Assembly (NCBI RefSeq): GCF_009914755.1 | Contig: NC_060930.1 | Direction: 5' to 3' (one strand) | Source of the DNA: the human T2T-CHM13v2.0 reference genome, Homo sapiens | Length of the DNA stretch: 64,000 bases | Shown here: positions 39,970 to 53,300 of the stretch, one piece after another | How positions within the stretch are numbered: position 1 is the stretch's first letter | Layout of the letters: each line of letters starts with the position of its first letter | Notes under the pieces: generated by a model | What the model was told of the DNA's origin: nothing | Seen by the model: only the letters and a program-made list of their open reading frames with translations | Database searches by the model: none | Made by a program: the position numbers and the translations under genes

Positions 39970-40817
39970 TATTTAATTATTCACTTATAATAAATAATAG
40001 CCCTAAATATAATAATTAAAAACAATAGCCCTAAATATAATATTTAAAGATATAAAACTCCTAGAACAAAACATAATAGAAAAATTTTGTGTTTAAAGCA
40101 AAGCTTTCTTAAGCGCAAAAGTTGGAAACAGAAAAGGGAGATGTTGATAAATTGTACTTTGTCAAAATTAAAAATGTGTGAACTTCATAAAAGACCATTA
40201 AGAAAATGAAAATTCACATCCTAGATGAAAAATGTTTTCAAAATATAAATCTCATACAGTACATGTATTGAAAAAATATACATAATTCTTACAAATTAAT
40301 GATAACACCAACAACTAAATAGCAGAGAAATAAATAAACACATAACCAAAGCAGGTGCTTAAAGGGCACATAAGCACATTAAAAGATGCTCAAAAACATT
40401 AGTCATTGAGGAAATGGAAATTAAAACCATTGAATGACCACTAAAATAACGAAAATAAAGAGCATTAATTTTAGCAGGTATCAAAGAAGATACAGAAAAA
40501 TTGGACTTCGAAGCATGCCTATTGGAAACCTAAATTGGTCCTGAAACTTTAGAATATATACTGGCATTTATAAAGTGGTTTGGCAGTGTGCATATGTGTG
40601 TTTTTGTTTGTTTGTTTAAAGCAAAACATAACATTTACCATAGGACCGGATAATTCCTTTCCAAATAATATATCCAAAAAAATTAAAACATTTGTCCACA
40701 GAAAGGCCTATATGTGAATTATCATAGCAGCAGTATTCATAATAGCCTTAACTAGTAATAAACAATGTGTTTTAACTAGTGAATAAGTAACGTAGGATGT
40801 ATGCGTGTACTCACAAG

Positions 40818-41090
40818 TTATTTATTTATTTATTCATTTATTTGAGACAGGGTCTCACTCTTTTGTCCAGGCTGTAGTGCAGTGGCAATATCTCTGCTCA
40901 CTGCAACTTTCTCCTCCCGGCTCAAGCAATCCTCCTGCCTCAGCCTCCCAAGTAGCTGGAACTACAGGCATTCACCAGACCATTTTCGCCATATTACGCA
41001 GGGTGGTCTCAAACTCCCAGACTCAAGCAATCTGCTTGCCTTAGCCTCCCAAAATGCTGGGATTACAGGTGTGAGCTATTGCACCTAGCC
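40818..41090 (-). mobile_element. AluJ (Jb-like) lacking its central linker
   Basis: J-type ctcaagcaatcctcctgcc; arms joined at ttcaccagaccattttcgcc; ctcaca repeated on both flanks. Confidence 0.9.
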
Positions 41091-44000
41091 CTCACACATA
41101 ATTTTAAACTAAGTATCAATATACACAAAAACAGGGACGACTCTCTAAAAACATAATGTTCAGAAAAATAAGCCAGACACAAAAGATTACATGCTGTACG
41201 AATCCAAATCCATTTATGTAACTTTTCTAGAAAAGGAAAAATGTAGCATGCACACACATATACACTCACAAACACACACACACAAGACTACAAGTCCATG
41301 GGGATAGGTCTGAGAGCAGCAATTGACTGCCAATAGGCATGGAGAAATTTCGGGGTGATATTGTTCTAAAAATGTTTTTTGGTGATGAATGACTGACTGT
41401 GTACATTTATTAAAATCACTGATGTTTACACTTAACATGGTTAAATTTTATGGCACATAAATTATACTCAAAAAGGTGTTAAAAAGAAAGAACACATTTA
41501 TCAAAGGAATAATGTAAAATAATGTGAAATTTGATAGATATTGAAAGTATATATTAAAAAGATATTACATGCAGGGTTCCTGAAGCAAAAATTAAATTTG
41601 TTTAGGGGACATACTTCAAGTGCTCACACATCAAAAAATAATAAATATTTTTAAAATGACATCTTCTGTCTTATTTAATTAGTATGACGCCCCGATTATT
41701 AGTGGAACTTCTCAAAGCCAACATAAGTTTGTAGCCTAAGAACTAGGGGATAATAGTAAATACATATCACCTACCTTACCTTCTAGCTACTTGCATTACT
41801 GACATGCATTTATGAGAGTTACCTCTTTTCTGGAATACCAAATAAAGAAGAAAGGCGAAAGAATATTTTACAAATGCAGGTGATAAAATAAATACATCTG
41901 CCACTCTTAACATTGTTGAAAAATGAGTTATTTCTCACATGAAAATTTAATTGGTGAAGGAAGCATACTTCATCTTATGCAAGTATTTTAAAGTATTTTT
42001 CACAGATATATTTTACAACTTCTTAGACATGTTTCTGTATTTAGAAATACAGAATTTAGAATAGTATGTTGAGCTTTAATATGGCTTGATGCACATTATT
42101 TGTTAAATTAAACAGTTCACTAGTGAAACTATCTGGAGCTCCAGAAATATATGGGACTCTTTCCAACAACCTCCACCTCCCAACCAGTGATGCCAAATTC
42201 TTATGATCAACCATATCAGATTCTACTACTCATGGATGTTATGAGTCTGCAAATAACAGACACCTCTTTTAAGACCTTTACTACATATCCTTGTTACAAT
42301 GTATACTCCTTCTGAACTCCCGAGTACCCTAACACTTATCATTGAAATTTATTAAATAACTTCTCCATTAATAGCACATAACTTGTAATTGATTACTTGT
42401 AAGACTCTTCTATGAAAAAATGCAGATTATTAGTATATGGAATTTGTGATATTTAATTTGCAGATTCGGGACTTATTTTTGTCATTTTGCTTTATTGATA
42501 AAGAATAATAGACATAAATATTCATAAATAATAGTATTTGTTAAGTGTCTACCACGCTTCAGATACAAGCATTTTCTCTGGTACAGGATTGAGTCGCATG
42601 GATAAGTGGCCCTGGGATAAATGCACAAGTGAATCTAAAATGTTCTTCATCTGTATGCTTTGTGTCAAAATAACTTTAATAACGAATGAAACATGCATAA
42701 TAGTTTTACTTGAAAATGTGAAACTACATCTAGTCAAATTGAATCATATTTTATATTTGCATTTGTCCTATCACTGTAAATTTAATTCATTCTTTAATGA
42801 AGGACTGAAAAGAAATTAAAAAGGACACAAATATACATATTTCGAAGCTAAGTGAAAATACCATACATATGTTCAATTGTAGTCTTAATTACCCACAAAA
42901 GTGAATGATGTAGATTCAATGTCAATCTAATCAAAGTTTTGTAATCTTTAGTGGAAAATTGTGTGGGCAGCTTTCATTATAAGCAGGCATGGCTAGGGTA
43001 ATGAGAGCATCGACCATGACATTTTGAAATCATATACATGTGGAAATTAGAGCAAGGAGGGAAGCTTCTCTTTATTCATTAGAATAGCTAAATGACTTGT
43101 GATATTGGCTTAAAAGGAAAATCATTCTGAAGCACCTACAATAATATCTCACAGGGTAATCCCAAATGAGATACCCTATCTGAATACTTTCTAAATTGGA
43201 AGGAAGAACAGTGCACAGATATATTTAACTATATTTTGTTAATAATTTATTAAACAACATGTATAAATATTATTTCCTTTAAATCAGTTATTACAATAAA
43301 CATTCGACTTCTTATACGGAAAAATTAGTGGCAATATTATACTTTAAAGAAAGGGATAACATACTTATTAGCTTTACTTAGAAATTCAGGTAGCAATTTT
43401 AAAATTATATCCTAGAAAGAGATGATTTAAAAACAAGGAAAAGCATAGTTAATACTTTTTATAAATATTCTGAAAGCTACTTTTCAGTACAAAAAGTATT
43501 AGCTTTTTGTACACATTCTGAAAGTTTGCCCAGGTGAAAAGACCTGCCTCAGTTTAATAAGTAAAATTTCAATGTTTTTCAGCATTATTTTCCTTTACAT
43601 CTATTCTTTATGCATGCCTTTTCTAAATAACTGACTTAAATATATTTCACTTTATTCTAGAGCAAAAGGAAAGTTGTTAAAGCTGTTTATGATTATTGGA
43701 GTGGAAATAATAATTACTTTAGAATCCAATTTGCATTCATCAACTGTATCATTAGGATCAAACTCTAGCATTTTGGAAATGTGGGTTTTTTAATAAAGGA
43801 AAATAAAATTTTGAAAGCCTCTCTTTTCAGATGGCAAGCTGGTATAAATTAAAAAATCAAATTTTGCTTACTGTTTCCTTTTGCCTTTACATGAAATCTT
43901 GTACTAGGAAAAAACATCTAACCAAATATCCACAAAAATTAGAAATCTCTTTCAAAAGGCCCTTTGGCAATAGGTCATTTTGGCTATATTTGAATATCTA

Positions 44001-44716
44001 TAATAGAGAACAATTTAAATAAACAAACATTGGATCTTTTTGTAACACAGTTTTTATGTAGATCGAAATGAAATCTGCAATCTACAATTTGCTATATCCA
44101 TGTTGAAAATATCATTTTTCCTAATTACAGCCCTGACAATACTTAGACATCTACATCTTTTCAACATCTCCTTTATTCTCCCAAGTAAACAACTGTCAGA
44201 TTTATGACTCCTCATGTGACATAAGTAATAGTCACTTCACAATATAGTGACCTTGTTTTGGATAGACTCTGGTTTGTCAGTTCTCCCTGGGCATTTTTTA
44301 AGGGGCTTTCTAATTTGAAATATTGTCTGTCGAGAATGAAACTGATATCTATTTCTCACCACTCAAAAATTAACTCAAGATGGATTAAAGTTCTAAAGGC
44401 AACACCTGAAACTGTAAAAGTCCTAGAAGAAAACCTAGGAAAAACTCTTCTGGACGTTGACTTAGACATATAATTTCTGCCTAAGACCCCAAAACTAAAT
44501 GCAACAAAATCAAAAAAAATAGACAATGGGACTTAATTAAAATAAAAAGCTTCTGCACAGCAAAAGAAATAGTCAGTAGAGTAAACAGACAACTGACAGA
44601 ATGGAGGAAAATATTTGCAAATTATGTCTCTAACAAAAGACGAATATCCAGAACCTAAAATGAACTCAAACAATTCAACAAGCAAAAAGAAATCCCATTC
44701 TTGAAAGAAAGTATAT

Positions 44717-45305
<589 letters not shown>

Positions 45306-46229
45306 AACCTTGTCTCTTAAAAAAAGAAGAAGAAAACAAAAGACATACAAGTGGCCAAGAAATATATGAAAAAATATTCAACATCACTAATCATCAGAGA
45401 AATGCAAGTTAAAACCACATTGAGATATCATCTTACACCCATCAGAATGGCTATTATTAAAAAGTCCCCAAACAACAAATGTTGTCATGGATGAAGTGAA
45501 AAGGGAACCCTTATGCACTCTTGGTAGAAATGCAAATTAGTACAATCTCTGTGGAAAACAGTATGGCAATTTCTTAAACAATGAAAAACAGAACTACCAT
45601 TTGACTCAGCAGTCCTACCACTGGGCATGTATCCAAAGGAAAATTAATCATTATATAAAAAAGACTCCTACACTCATATGTTTATTACAGCACTATTCAT
45701 AATACCAAGTGGAATCAACCTAAATGTCATGGAATCATGACAACTTCATGGAGTCAATCTCATGGAATCAACCTAAGTGTCCATCAACGGTTGATTGGTT
45801 AAAGCAAATGTGATATATAGACATCATGGGATACTATGCAGCCATAAAAAAGAATGAAATCATGCCTTTTGCAGCAACATGGATAAAGCTGGGGGCCATT
45901 ATGCTAAGTGAAATAAACTCAAAAACAGAAAATCAAATGCCATGTGTTCCACTTGTAAGTGAAAAACTAAACAATTGGTATTTGTGGACATAAAGATGGA
46001 AATTACGGACACTGGGGACTCCAAAAGAAGGGAGGGGGTGGGGGGGTAAGGGTTAAGAAATCACCCATGGGTACAATGTTCACTATTTGGGTGATGGGTA
46101 TACAAGAAGCTCAAACTTCACAATCACACAATATATCTATGTAACAAAGTTGCACAAGTAACCCCTAAATCTAAAACTTAAAAAAAAAAATTAAAAAATA
46201 TATATTGCCTGTCTAGTGGACCCAATGAA

Positions 46230-47060
46230 AAAAACTCACCACATGTAATTGATTATCTATAAAGACAGTAAAATACTCGTAGAAACCCTTGTAAAATAGA
46301 ATAAAAGTGACAACAGGGCTTAGAGGATCAAAATACATCTTTTATATTAAAAATAATATAATGATAAGATTTGAAAAATTAGAAATATTTGGCATTCAGA
46401 TGATACTTCAATGAAAGTAGGTAAAAAAGGCAAATGAGGTTATTGGCAGAATAAAGAGGCAACAAAAACAGACTACAAAAAAGAGTAAAGTTTGAATAAT
46501 TATCACCAAAACAAGATTAAGCAAATATTGGAATCATAGAGCACTAACAGCCTAAGTCAGTTATGCAAAAATATCAAATGCAATAGTAAAAGAAAGAAAA
46601 TGTGAAAAAAGGGGGACGTACAGGGAGGATATAGATAGAATAGTGATATATTAACACAGAGACAATCACTATTCTTGAAAATAGACCATGGCATTCGGAA
46701 CAAATGCCATGATGTATGAGCAACCCTGTAAAATAATGTTTTTCCTGCACTAAAGATAGATCTTAATATGTAGACTGATAAAATTTCCTATTAGTGAATA
46801 AATTCTAACATAGTCTTCAAATTATAAGACATGAGCAGAAAAGCTTATAATTATTCTTAGCTAAATCAGAGTGAACAATAAACATCATAAAATGGGAGTA
46901 GCTTCATTATAAATTCTAAATGATTTTAGACACAAGATTTATTTAAGAATTTCACAGAAAGTTATTTTTTTAAAAGAAATACAGAAAAATTATGCATCCT
47001 GTATTTTATTTAAAAAATATTTGGGCTGTGATAAATGACTTGTATTGTGACAAGTTAAAA
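46230..47060 (+). mobile_element. HAL1-like or ancient L1 ORF1 relic
   Basis: A-rich degenerate ORF1-like sequence; weak landmarks only. Confidence 0.45.
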
Positions 47061-47226
47061 ATAAAACAATACAAAGTTTCAAAAGTTGGATAAAATAATG
47101 CTATAACAGGTTGCAAACAGAAATATTATTAAAACTAGAGATGAATATTACTAATAATTTTAAATTTGGTTATTAATTTTAATGTACATTCTAAAAGGTC
47201 TACAATATTTAAAATAATAATATGGA

Positions 47227-47419
47227 TGTATTACTTTGCTAAGTCTGATGTAACAAATATCAAAGGCTGGGTGGCTTAAACAACAGAAATTTACTTTCTC
47301 ACAGTTGTGGTGTCTAAAAGCCCAAGATCAAGTTGTGGGCAGGGTTGGTTTCTTCTGAGGCCTTTCTCATTGGCTAGCAGATGGCCTTTTCACTGTGTCC
47401 TTGCATGGTCTTCCCTCTG
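47227..47419 (-). mobile_element. MLT1B-like LTR, partial
   Basis: ggctgggtggcttaaacaacagaaatttactttctcacag...ttggtttcttctgaggcc...catggtcttccctctg. Confidence 0.85.
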
Positions 47420-47883
47420 GAAGAAGGAGGATAGACCCATGCTAACAGCATCCGAAGAAATGGGAAGTAGGTATATTAATTGCAGACAAGGAAGATTATC
47501 AGTGATAAATAGGGTCATTACAGAATTTTTAAAAGTCAATTTTTCAAAAAGACATAACAACACTAAAGGTGTATGATCTAATATGAGAATGTCAAAAGAC
47601 ATGAGACAAAAACAGTATTACAAGAAAAAAGTAGAAAAATTCACTCTTATTTGGTGCTTCAACACTTCAATTTTAGTAATTGATAGTTCAAGCAGGCAAC
47701 AATCAGTAAGGATATAGTTGACCTGGATAGGACTATCAATCCACATGATCTAATTCGCATTCATAGACTAATTCATCCAATAGCAACCGAATATGTATTT
47801 TTTTGAAGATCCCATGAAGCTTTCACCAAGATAGATTCTATCTTGTGCTATAAAACACACCTTAAATTTAAAAGAAAGGAAGT

Positions 47884-48240
47884 TGCTATGGTGTGAATGT
47901 TTGTGTTCAACCACAATTCATATATTGAAATCCTAAAACCAAGATGATATTATTAGAAGTGGGGCCTTTGGGAAATTATTAGATCATAAGAGCTGAGCCT
48001 TCATCAGTGGGATTAGGGACTTCATAAAGAGGCCCAAGAAAGACTCCTTGCCTTTCCAACATGTGAAGATGCAGAAAGAAGGCTCCCTTTATGAGGAACA
48101 GGCCCTCATCAGACGAAGAATCTGCCAGTACCTTGGTCTTGGACTTCACAGCCTCCAGAATTGTAAGAAATAAATATTTGTTGGTTATAAATCATCCAGT
48201 CTATAATACTTTGTTACAGTAGCCTGAATGGACTAAGGCA
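47884..48240 (+). mobile_element. MLT1A0 solo LTR
   Basis: tgctatggtgtgaatgtttgtg start and gcctgaatggactaaggca end; ~357 bp. Confidence 0.9.
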
Positions 48241-48724
48241 GGTCATGCAAAATGTTGTCTCAGATCACAATAGAATTAACCTAGAAATCAATAGTGAAAA
48301 GAGAGCTAGAAATTTTTGAAAAGTCCTGATATTAGACAAAACAATCCTAAAAATGGGTTAAAAAACAAATCTTAAGAAAAAAATATTAAACATTTTCAAC
48401 TACATGAAAATGAAATTACATCCTATTAGAATATGTGGAATGCATGGAAGGCAGTACTAAGAGGGAAATTTTTAGCATTGAATGTAGATATTAGAACAGA
48501 AGAAAGATCTAAAATCAATAATCTTACCATCCCCCTTAGTAAATTAGAGAAGGAAGAGGAAATTTATTCTAAAACAAGAAGAAACCAATAAAAATTAGAA
48601 AAGAAATTAATGAATTTGAAAAAAAGGAAATCAATAGACAAAATCAACAAAACCAAAAAAGTTCATTTTTTAAAAAGATCAAAACAATTGATAAATTAAA
48701 TTTTTAATAAGGTTAATTTAAAAA

Positions 48725-49127
48725 ATGGTATGCCCCCTCCAAATTCATATGTTGAATTCAAAACGGCCAACGTGACTCTATTTGGAAACAGAGACTTTAA
48801 AGAGGTAATTAAAGTTAAATAAGATCATAAAGGTGGGGCCCTAATCATATAGGACTTTGCGTCCTTGTAAGAAGAGGCAGAAATACCAGATCTCTCTCTC
48901 TCACTCACTCGCTCTCGCTCTCTCTGTCTCTCTCTCTGCATGTGCACAGAAGAAAAATACAGCAATAAGGCAGTAATGTGTAATCCAGGAAGGGAGGCCT
49001 CACAAGAAGCAAATTCTATTGGCACTTTATTGTGTACTTCCAGACTCCAGAACTGTGAGAAAATAAATTTCAGTTAAATCACTCAGTCCATGATATTTTG
49101 TTATAGCAGCCTAAGCAGACTAATATA
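48725..49127 (+). mobile_element. MLT1A-type solo LTR
   Basis: ccaaattcatatgttgaa...gaggtaattaaagttaaat...ccagaactgtgagaaaataaattt...agcagcctaagcagactaata. Confidence 0.88.
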
Positions 49128-49410
49128 AGAGGAAACACACAAATGTATAAATATCAGAAATGAAAGAGAGGTCATCACTAGTAATCCCACAGATACTAAA
49201 AGAATGCTAAAGGAAAGCACTGAACAACTTATTGGCTACAAAATTAATAAGGTACATGAAGTGGGGCCATTCTTTGAGAGGTACCAAGTCAAAATTCACA
49301 AGGAGAAGTAGATAATCTGAACAGGTCTATATATAAAAAAAGAAATTGAATTAATAATTAATAACCTTCAAAAGGAAGTATTGGCAACAGTAATAAATAT
49401 GAATAGATAA

Positions 49411-49437
49411 ATGAATGAATGAATGAATGAATGAATA
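49411..49437. repeat. (ATGA)n microsatellite
   Basis: Directly visible, about 6 units. Confidence 0.9.
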
Positions 49438-50790
49438 AGTAAATACTATCAGTCCAGATGGTTTCATTAGTACTTTATAACCAACATTAAAGGAAGAAAT
49501 AATACCAGCTCTCCCTCATCTATTCCAAAACGTGTAGAAGAGGGAACACTTAAAACTTATTCTATGAGGACAGCATTGCATTTATAATAAAACCAGATAA
49601 AAACATTATAATGTTTTAAACTGCAAACCAGTATGTCTCATGTGAACATAGATACAAAAATTCTCAACAGAATATTTGCAAATTGAATCCATTCATATAT
49701 AAAATGAATTATATACTATGACCAAGTGAGATTTATTCCATCTATGCAGGCTGTTTCAATATTCAGAAAAATCAATTAATGTAATCCATCACATTAACAA
49801 GCTAAAAAAGAAAAATCAGATGATTATGTAAATAGATGATGAAAAGTATGTGACAAAATGCAACACCTATTCTTTATTAAAACTCTCATCAAACTAGTAA
49901 TAGGGGGAAACTTCCTCAACTTGATAAAGGGCAACCATAAAAACTTACAGCTGTCATTCTACTTAATGGTGAGAAACTATGTTTTTCCTCTAAGATTTAA
50001 AACAAGGTCTCTCTTACCACTTGTATTCAATATCATTCTGGAGGTCAATGGCAGGGAAATAAAGCTAAAGTAAATGAAAGCTATACAGATGGTGTAGAAG
50101 AAACAAAACTATTTTTATTGGTAAATGACCTGAATATTAACAAAAGAAGAGAAAAAACAACTAGTTCTGGACTTTAAGTGAATACAGCAAGATTGCAGAA
50201 TACAAGGTTAATATAACAAAGCCAATTTTTAATACCAGCAATTAAGATTTGGAATTTGAAATTAAATTGAAAACAATAGCATTTAAAATACCACCAAAAA
50301 TATTTTGATGTAAGTCTAACAAAATATGTGCAAGATCTCCAGGCAGAAAATTATAAGACTCTGAAGAAGGAACTCAATGTAGATCTAAATAATGAAGAGA
50401 TATTCAGTGTTCATGGATTATAAGACTCAACATTGTTAAAATACTACGTTTTGCTAACTTGATCTAGAAAACCTGCATAATAAAAATCTCAGGGATATAT
50501 TTTATAGATATTGACAGACTAATTCTAAAGTATATATATAAAGGAAAAAGATTTAAAAGACACAACAGAAACCAAGACAAAACAGAACAACAATGTTAGA
50601 AGACATAACACTACCCTATGTTAAGAATATTGTAAGGCAACAGTTTTGAAGACAGTGTCTGTGTGTGTGTGTATATGTATATATATACACATACCATACA
50701 TACATAAATACTACATAAACTATGTAAGTTATACTATATATAAGCCTAATAAATTTAAATTTAATATATTTAATATTTACTTTGGCTGCT

Positions 50791-51597
50791 TGCAATGGAC
50801 TAAACGTTTCTGCTTTGCAAAAGTTCATGTTTGTCAATCTAAATATCAAACAGAGAGAGGATTTCTACAAGAAAAATATATTTATTTTGGAACAGGGCGT
50901 CACAGTGGGAATATATGTGCCATAGTAAAGTACGTGCAGATTTAGGGAGGTAAAGGAAGACAAGGGGTTTTAAAGGAAAAATAAGAGGATTACATGTTTT
51001 GAAATGATTATCTTTGGCTGCAGGGATCAATAACGTGACTGATGGCCATTTCAAGGTTAGACAGACAGTTGCTGAGCCGATGTCTTCACAAAAGTAATTT
51101 TTTATGTAAAGTCGCAATGACCTTTGTGCTGGCTTGTGGTATTTGCAGAGTCCTTTGTGCTAATTTTGTTATCAGGCATACAAGCATGAGAACCGTCGCC
51201 TCATAGCTTTCCCTGGCTCCATTTTTCAGGGTTTTCTTTTCTTTTGTTTTGTTTTTAACATGAGTGACTTCATTTTGATTATGACAACTTTCACATGTTG
51301 AAACCCTAATTTAAATGTGATGGTATTTGGAGATCGAGCTTTTGGAAGGAATTAAGTCATGAGTATGGAAAAGACCCTATAAAAAGAGGCCAGGAATCTA
51401 GCTTGCTCTCTTTACTCCAAGAGAAGATGCAGAAAGACAATTTGTCAGTAAACTAGGAAAAGTGTTCCCATCAAGAATCCTGCCCTGCTAGCACCTTTAA
51501 CTTGGACTGCCAACCACTAGAATTAGAAACATAAAATCGTTTAAGCCACTCCATTTGTGGTATTTTGTTATAGTAGCACCAACATGAACTGATAAGA
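50791..51597 (+). mobile_element. MLT1A-type LTR split by MER65A
   Basis: tgcaatggactaaacg...aagttcatgtt resumes as tgttgaaaccctaat...gtgatggtatttggag...tggtattttgttatag. Confidence 0.8.
50832..51295 (-). mobile_element. MER65A-like ERV1 solo LTR
   Basis: Ends tgtcaatctaaa and gacttcattttgattatgacaactttcaca; perfect 4-bp TSD tgtt at 50828-50831 and 51296-51299. Confidence 0.9.
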
Positions 51598-51716
51598 TGC
51601 TTGAACTCAAATAATTTTGAGGAATTTTTGGTAATAACAATAATATCATTTTACTTTGTTGCTGGTTATTCTATGGAACAATGTCATCTATTTTAAACAC
51701 TATAGACATGTATATT

Positions 51717-52266
51717 TGTATTAGTTTTCTATTGCTGCCTAACGGATTACTCAAAAACATAATGGTTTAAGCAGGATTTATTTTTCACAGATTATGTGGC
51801 TCCTAAATCCAGGCTCAGCTTTTCTTGTTCCTCTTTCTCGGGTATCCCCCAAGGCTGCAATCAATTTGTTCAGTAGGGCTGTAGTCATCTCAAGGCTCAA
51901 CAGGAGAAGGATCTCATTTCAAAGCTCACTCACTCATGTGGTAGTAGGTAAGAATCAGTTCTCTGTGGGCTGTTAGAGGACCTAAGTTCCTCAGTGGTCG
52001 TTACCTGGAGGACACCTCAGTCCTTTGCCATGTGGGCTACTTCCATGTGGACAATCTGACAAAATCCAGTGTGTGAGTGCAGACAAGACAGAAGACAGTC
52101 TTTAATAACCTAATCTCGAAAGTGACATCCCATCTCTTTTGCCATATTCTATTTGTTAGAAGCAAGTCAGTAGATCCAGTCCACACTCATAGAGAGTAGA
52201 TTGAAAACGGTTTGAATATCAGCAGGTAGGGCCCATTAGGAGTTATTTTATAAGTTTATCATCACA
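51717..52266 (-). mobile_element. MLT1F-like solo LTR
   Basis: tgtattagttttctattgctgc start; aagtgacatcccatctcttttgccatattctatttgttagaagcaagtca; ends atcaca. Confidence 0.82.
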
Positions 52267-53057
52267 GTGTTTTTATTCCACTATTAGCCTATAAATTCCT
52301 ACTATATAATATACATTACTTTTAGAAACATGAGTTAGAATCAGTGTTCTGATGTCCTTCTCATATGAAAAATCAGCCTGCATAGTTGGCTGTCAAAATT
52401 TTTTGAAGAAAAATGAACCTCTAGGCTTTATCTTTATATCAGCCATTAAAGACAGCTGCCATCTGTCATAAATTAAAATGAAAAAGTCATAGTACATCCA
52501 CAAATAGAAGTATTTGTAAACTTTTCCTTTTAAAATGGAGACATACACTTAAACATTTAAGAAGGAAAATGTAGTTTTGAAAGGAACTGATTCAGTAAGG
52601 TAGGCAACATATCTTTTTCATTAAGCATTCATTAATTTCCAATATGAGATAACAGTATAGTCAAATTGAAGGATCCTAAGTAGAAACCACAGTCCCTAGA
52701 GGTCTCTACTAATTGTGATCCTAAGGCAAATCGTTAAAGCAAACTTCCTTTAATTAGATATATTTCCCAAGTTGGATGCAGAATACTGAACAACTCCCAG
52801 GACTGTGGTAAGGATCTTAGCATTGATTACTTTCTCTTCCACACTCAGTCAAGGAAGTAAGGCTCTAGTGCAATCAGATGCATTTATTTCTCAATATTTT
52901 TAAAGGTTTTGATGAGCTGAAGTTACAGTTATCTTGAACTTTCCATCAAGAATTTTAACTTTCGAAAGACATTGTCTTCATTGATTAGTATAAACCTAAT
53001 TGGTTTCTTATACTCAAACATGAGACTCTAATCATTCAAGTGAAATGTGGAATTGAG

Positions 53058-53060
<3 letters not shown>

Positions 53061-53103
<43 letters not shown>

Positions 53104-53300
53104 TAATATATATATGTAGGTATTGATATATGGACACACATATATGTATATATATGTATTGAGCATTATATATGTATATATAATATATACTATGTATATT
53201 ATATGTATAATATATGTATATGCATAATATATGTATATTACAGTAAGGTAGAGGGAGATAAATGTATATGCACATATTTCTAAATGATGATACATCTATT
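53061..53300. repeat. (TA)n and TA-rich low-complexity tract
   Basis: Directly visible. Confidence 0.93.

Larger units (their letters stand above)
37090..41480 (+). mobile_element. Old, internally deleted L1 (L1M/L1MC-type): 5' region, ORF1, ORF2 pieces and 3' UTR; interrupted by an LTR and an AluJ
   Basis: ORF1 landmarks (ggctgatttctcatcagaaacaatagaa, ctacaagaaatactaaagaaag), ORF2 landmarks (aaactgtctttattcacagag, gcaattctccctaaattgat), 3' UTR ending aattttatggcacataaattatactcaa. Confidence 0.82.
47420..50650 (+). mobile_element. Old L1 ORF2 (endonuclease through RT and beyond), interrupted by two MLT1A LTRs
   Basis: ttcaccaagatagattc, cagatcacaatagaattaacctagaaatcaatag, ccagatggtttcattag; ORF 49858-50073 matches the RT region (QHLFFIKTLIKLVIGGNFLNLIK). 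Confidence 0.88.

Noticed and set aside
43819-43847. 11-nt microexon (ttttcag|ATGGCAAGCTG|gtataa) or ORF 43831-44022
   Set aside because: Weak donor, length not a multiple of 3, and no supporting neighbouring coding exons.
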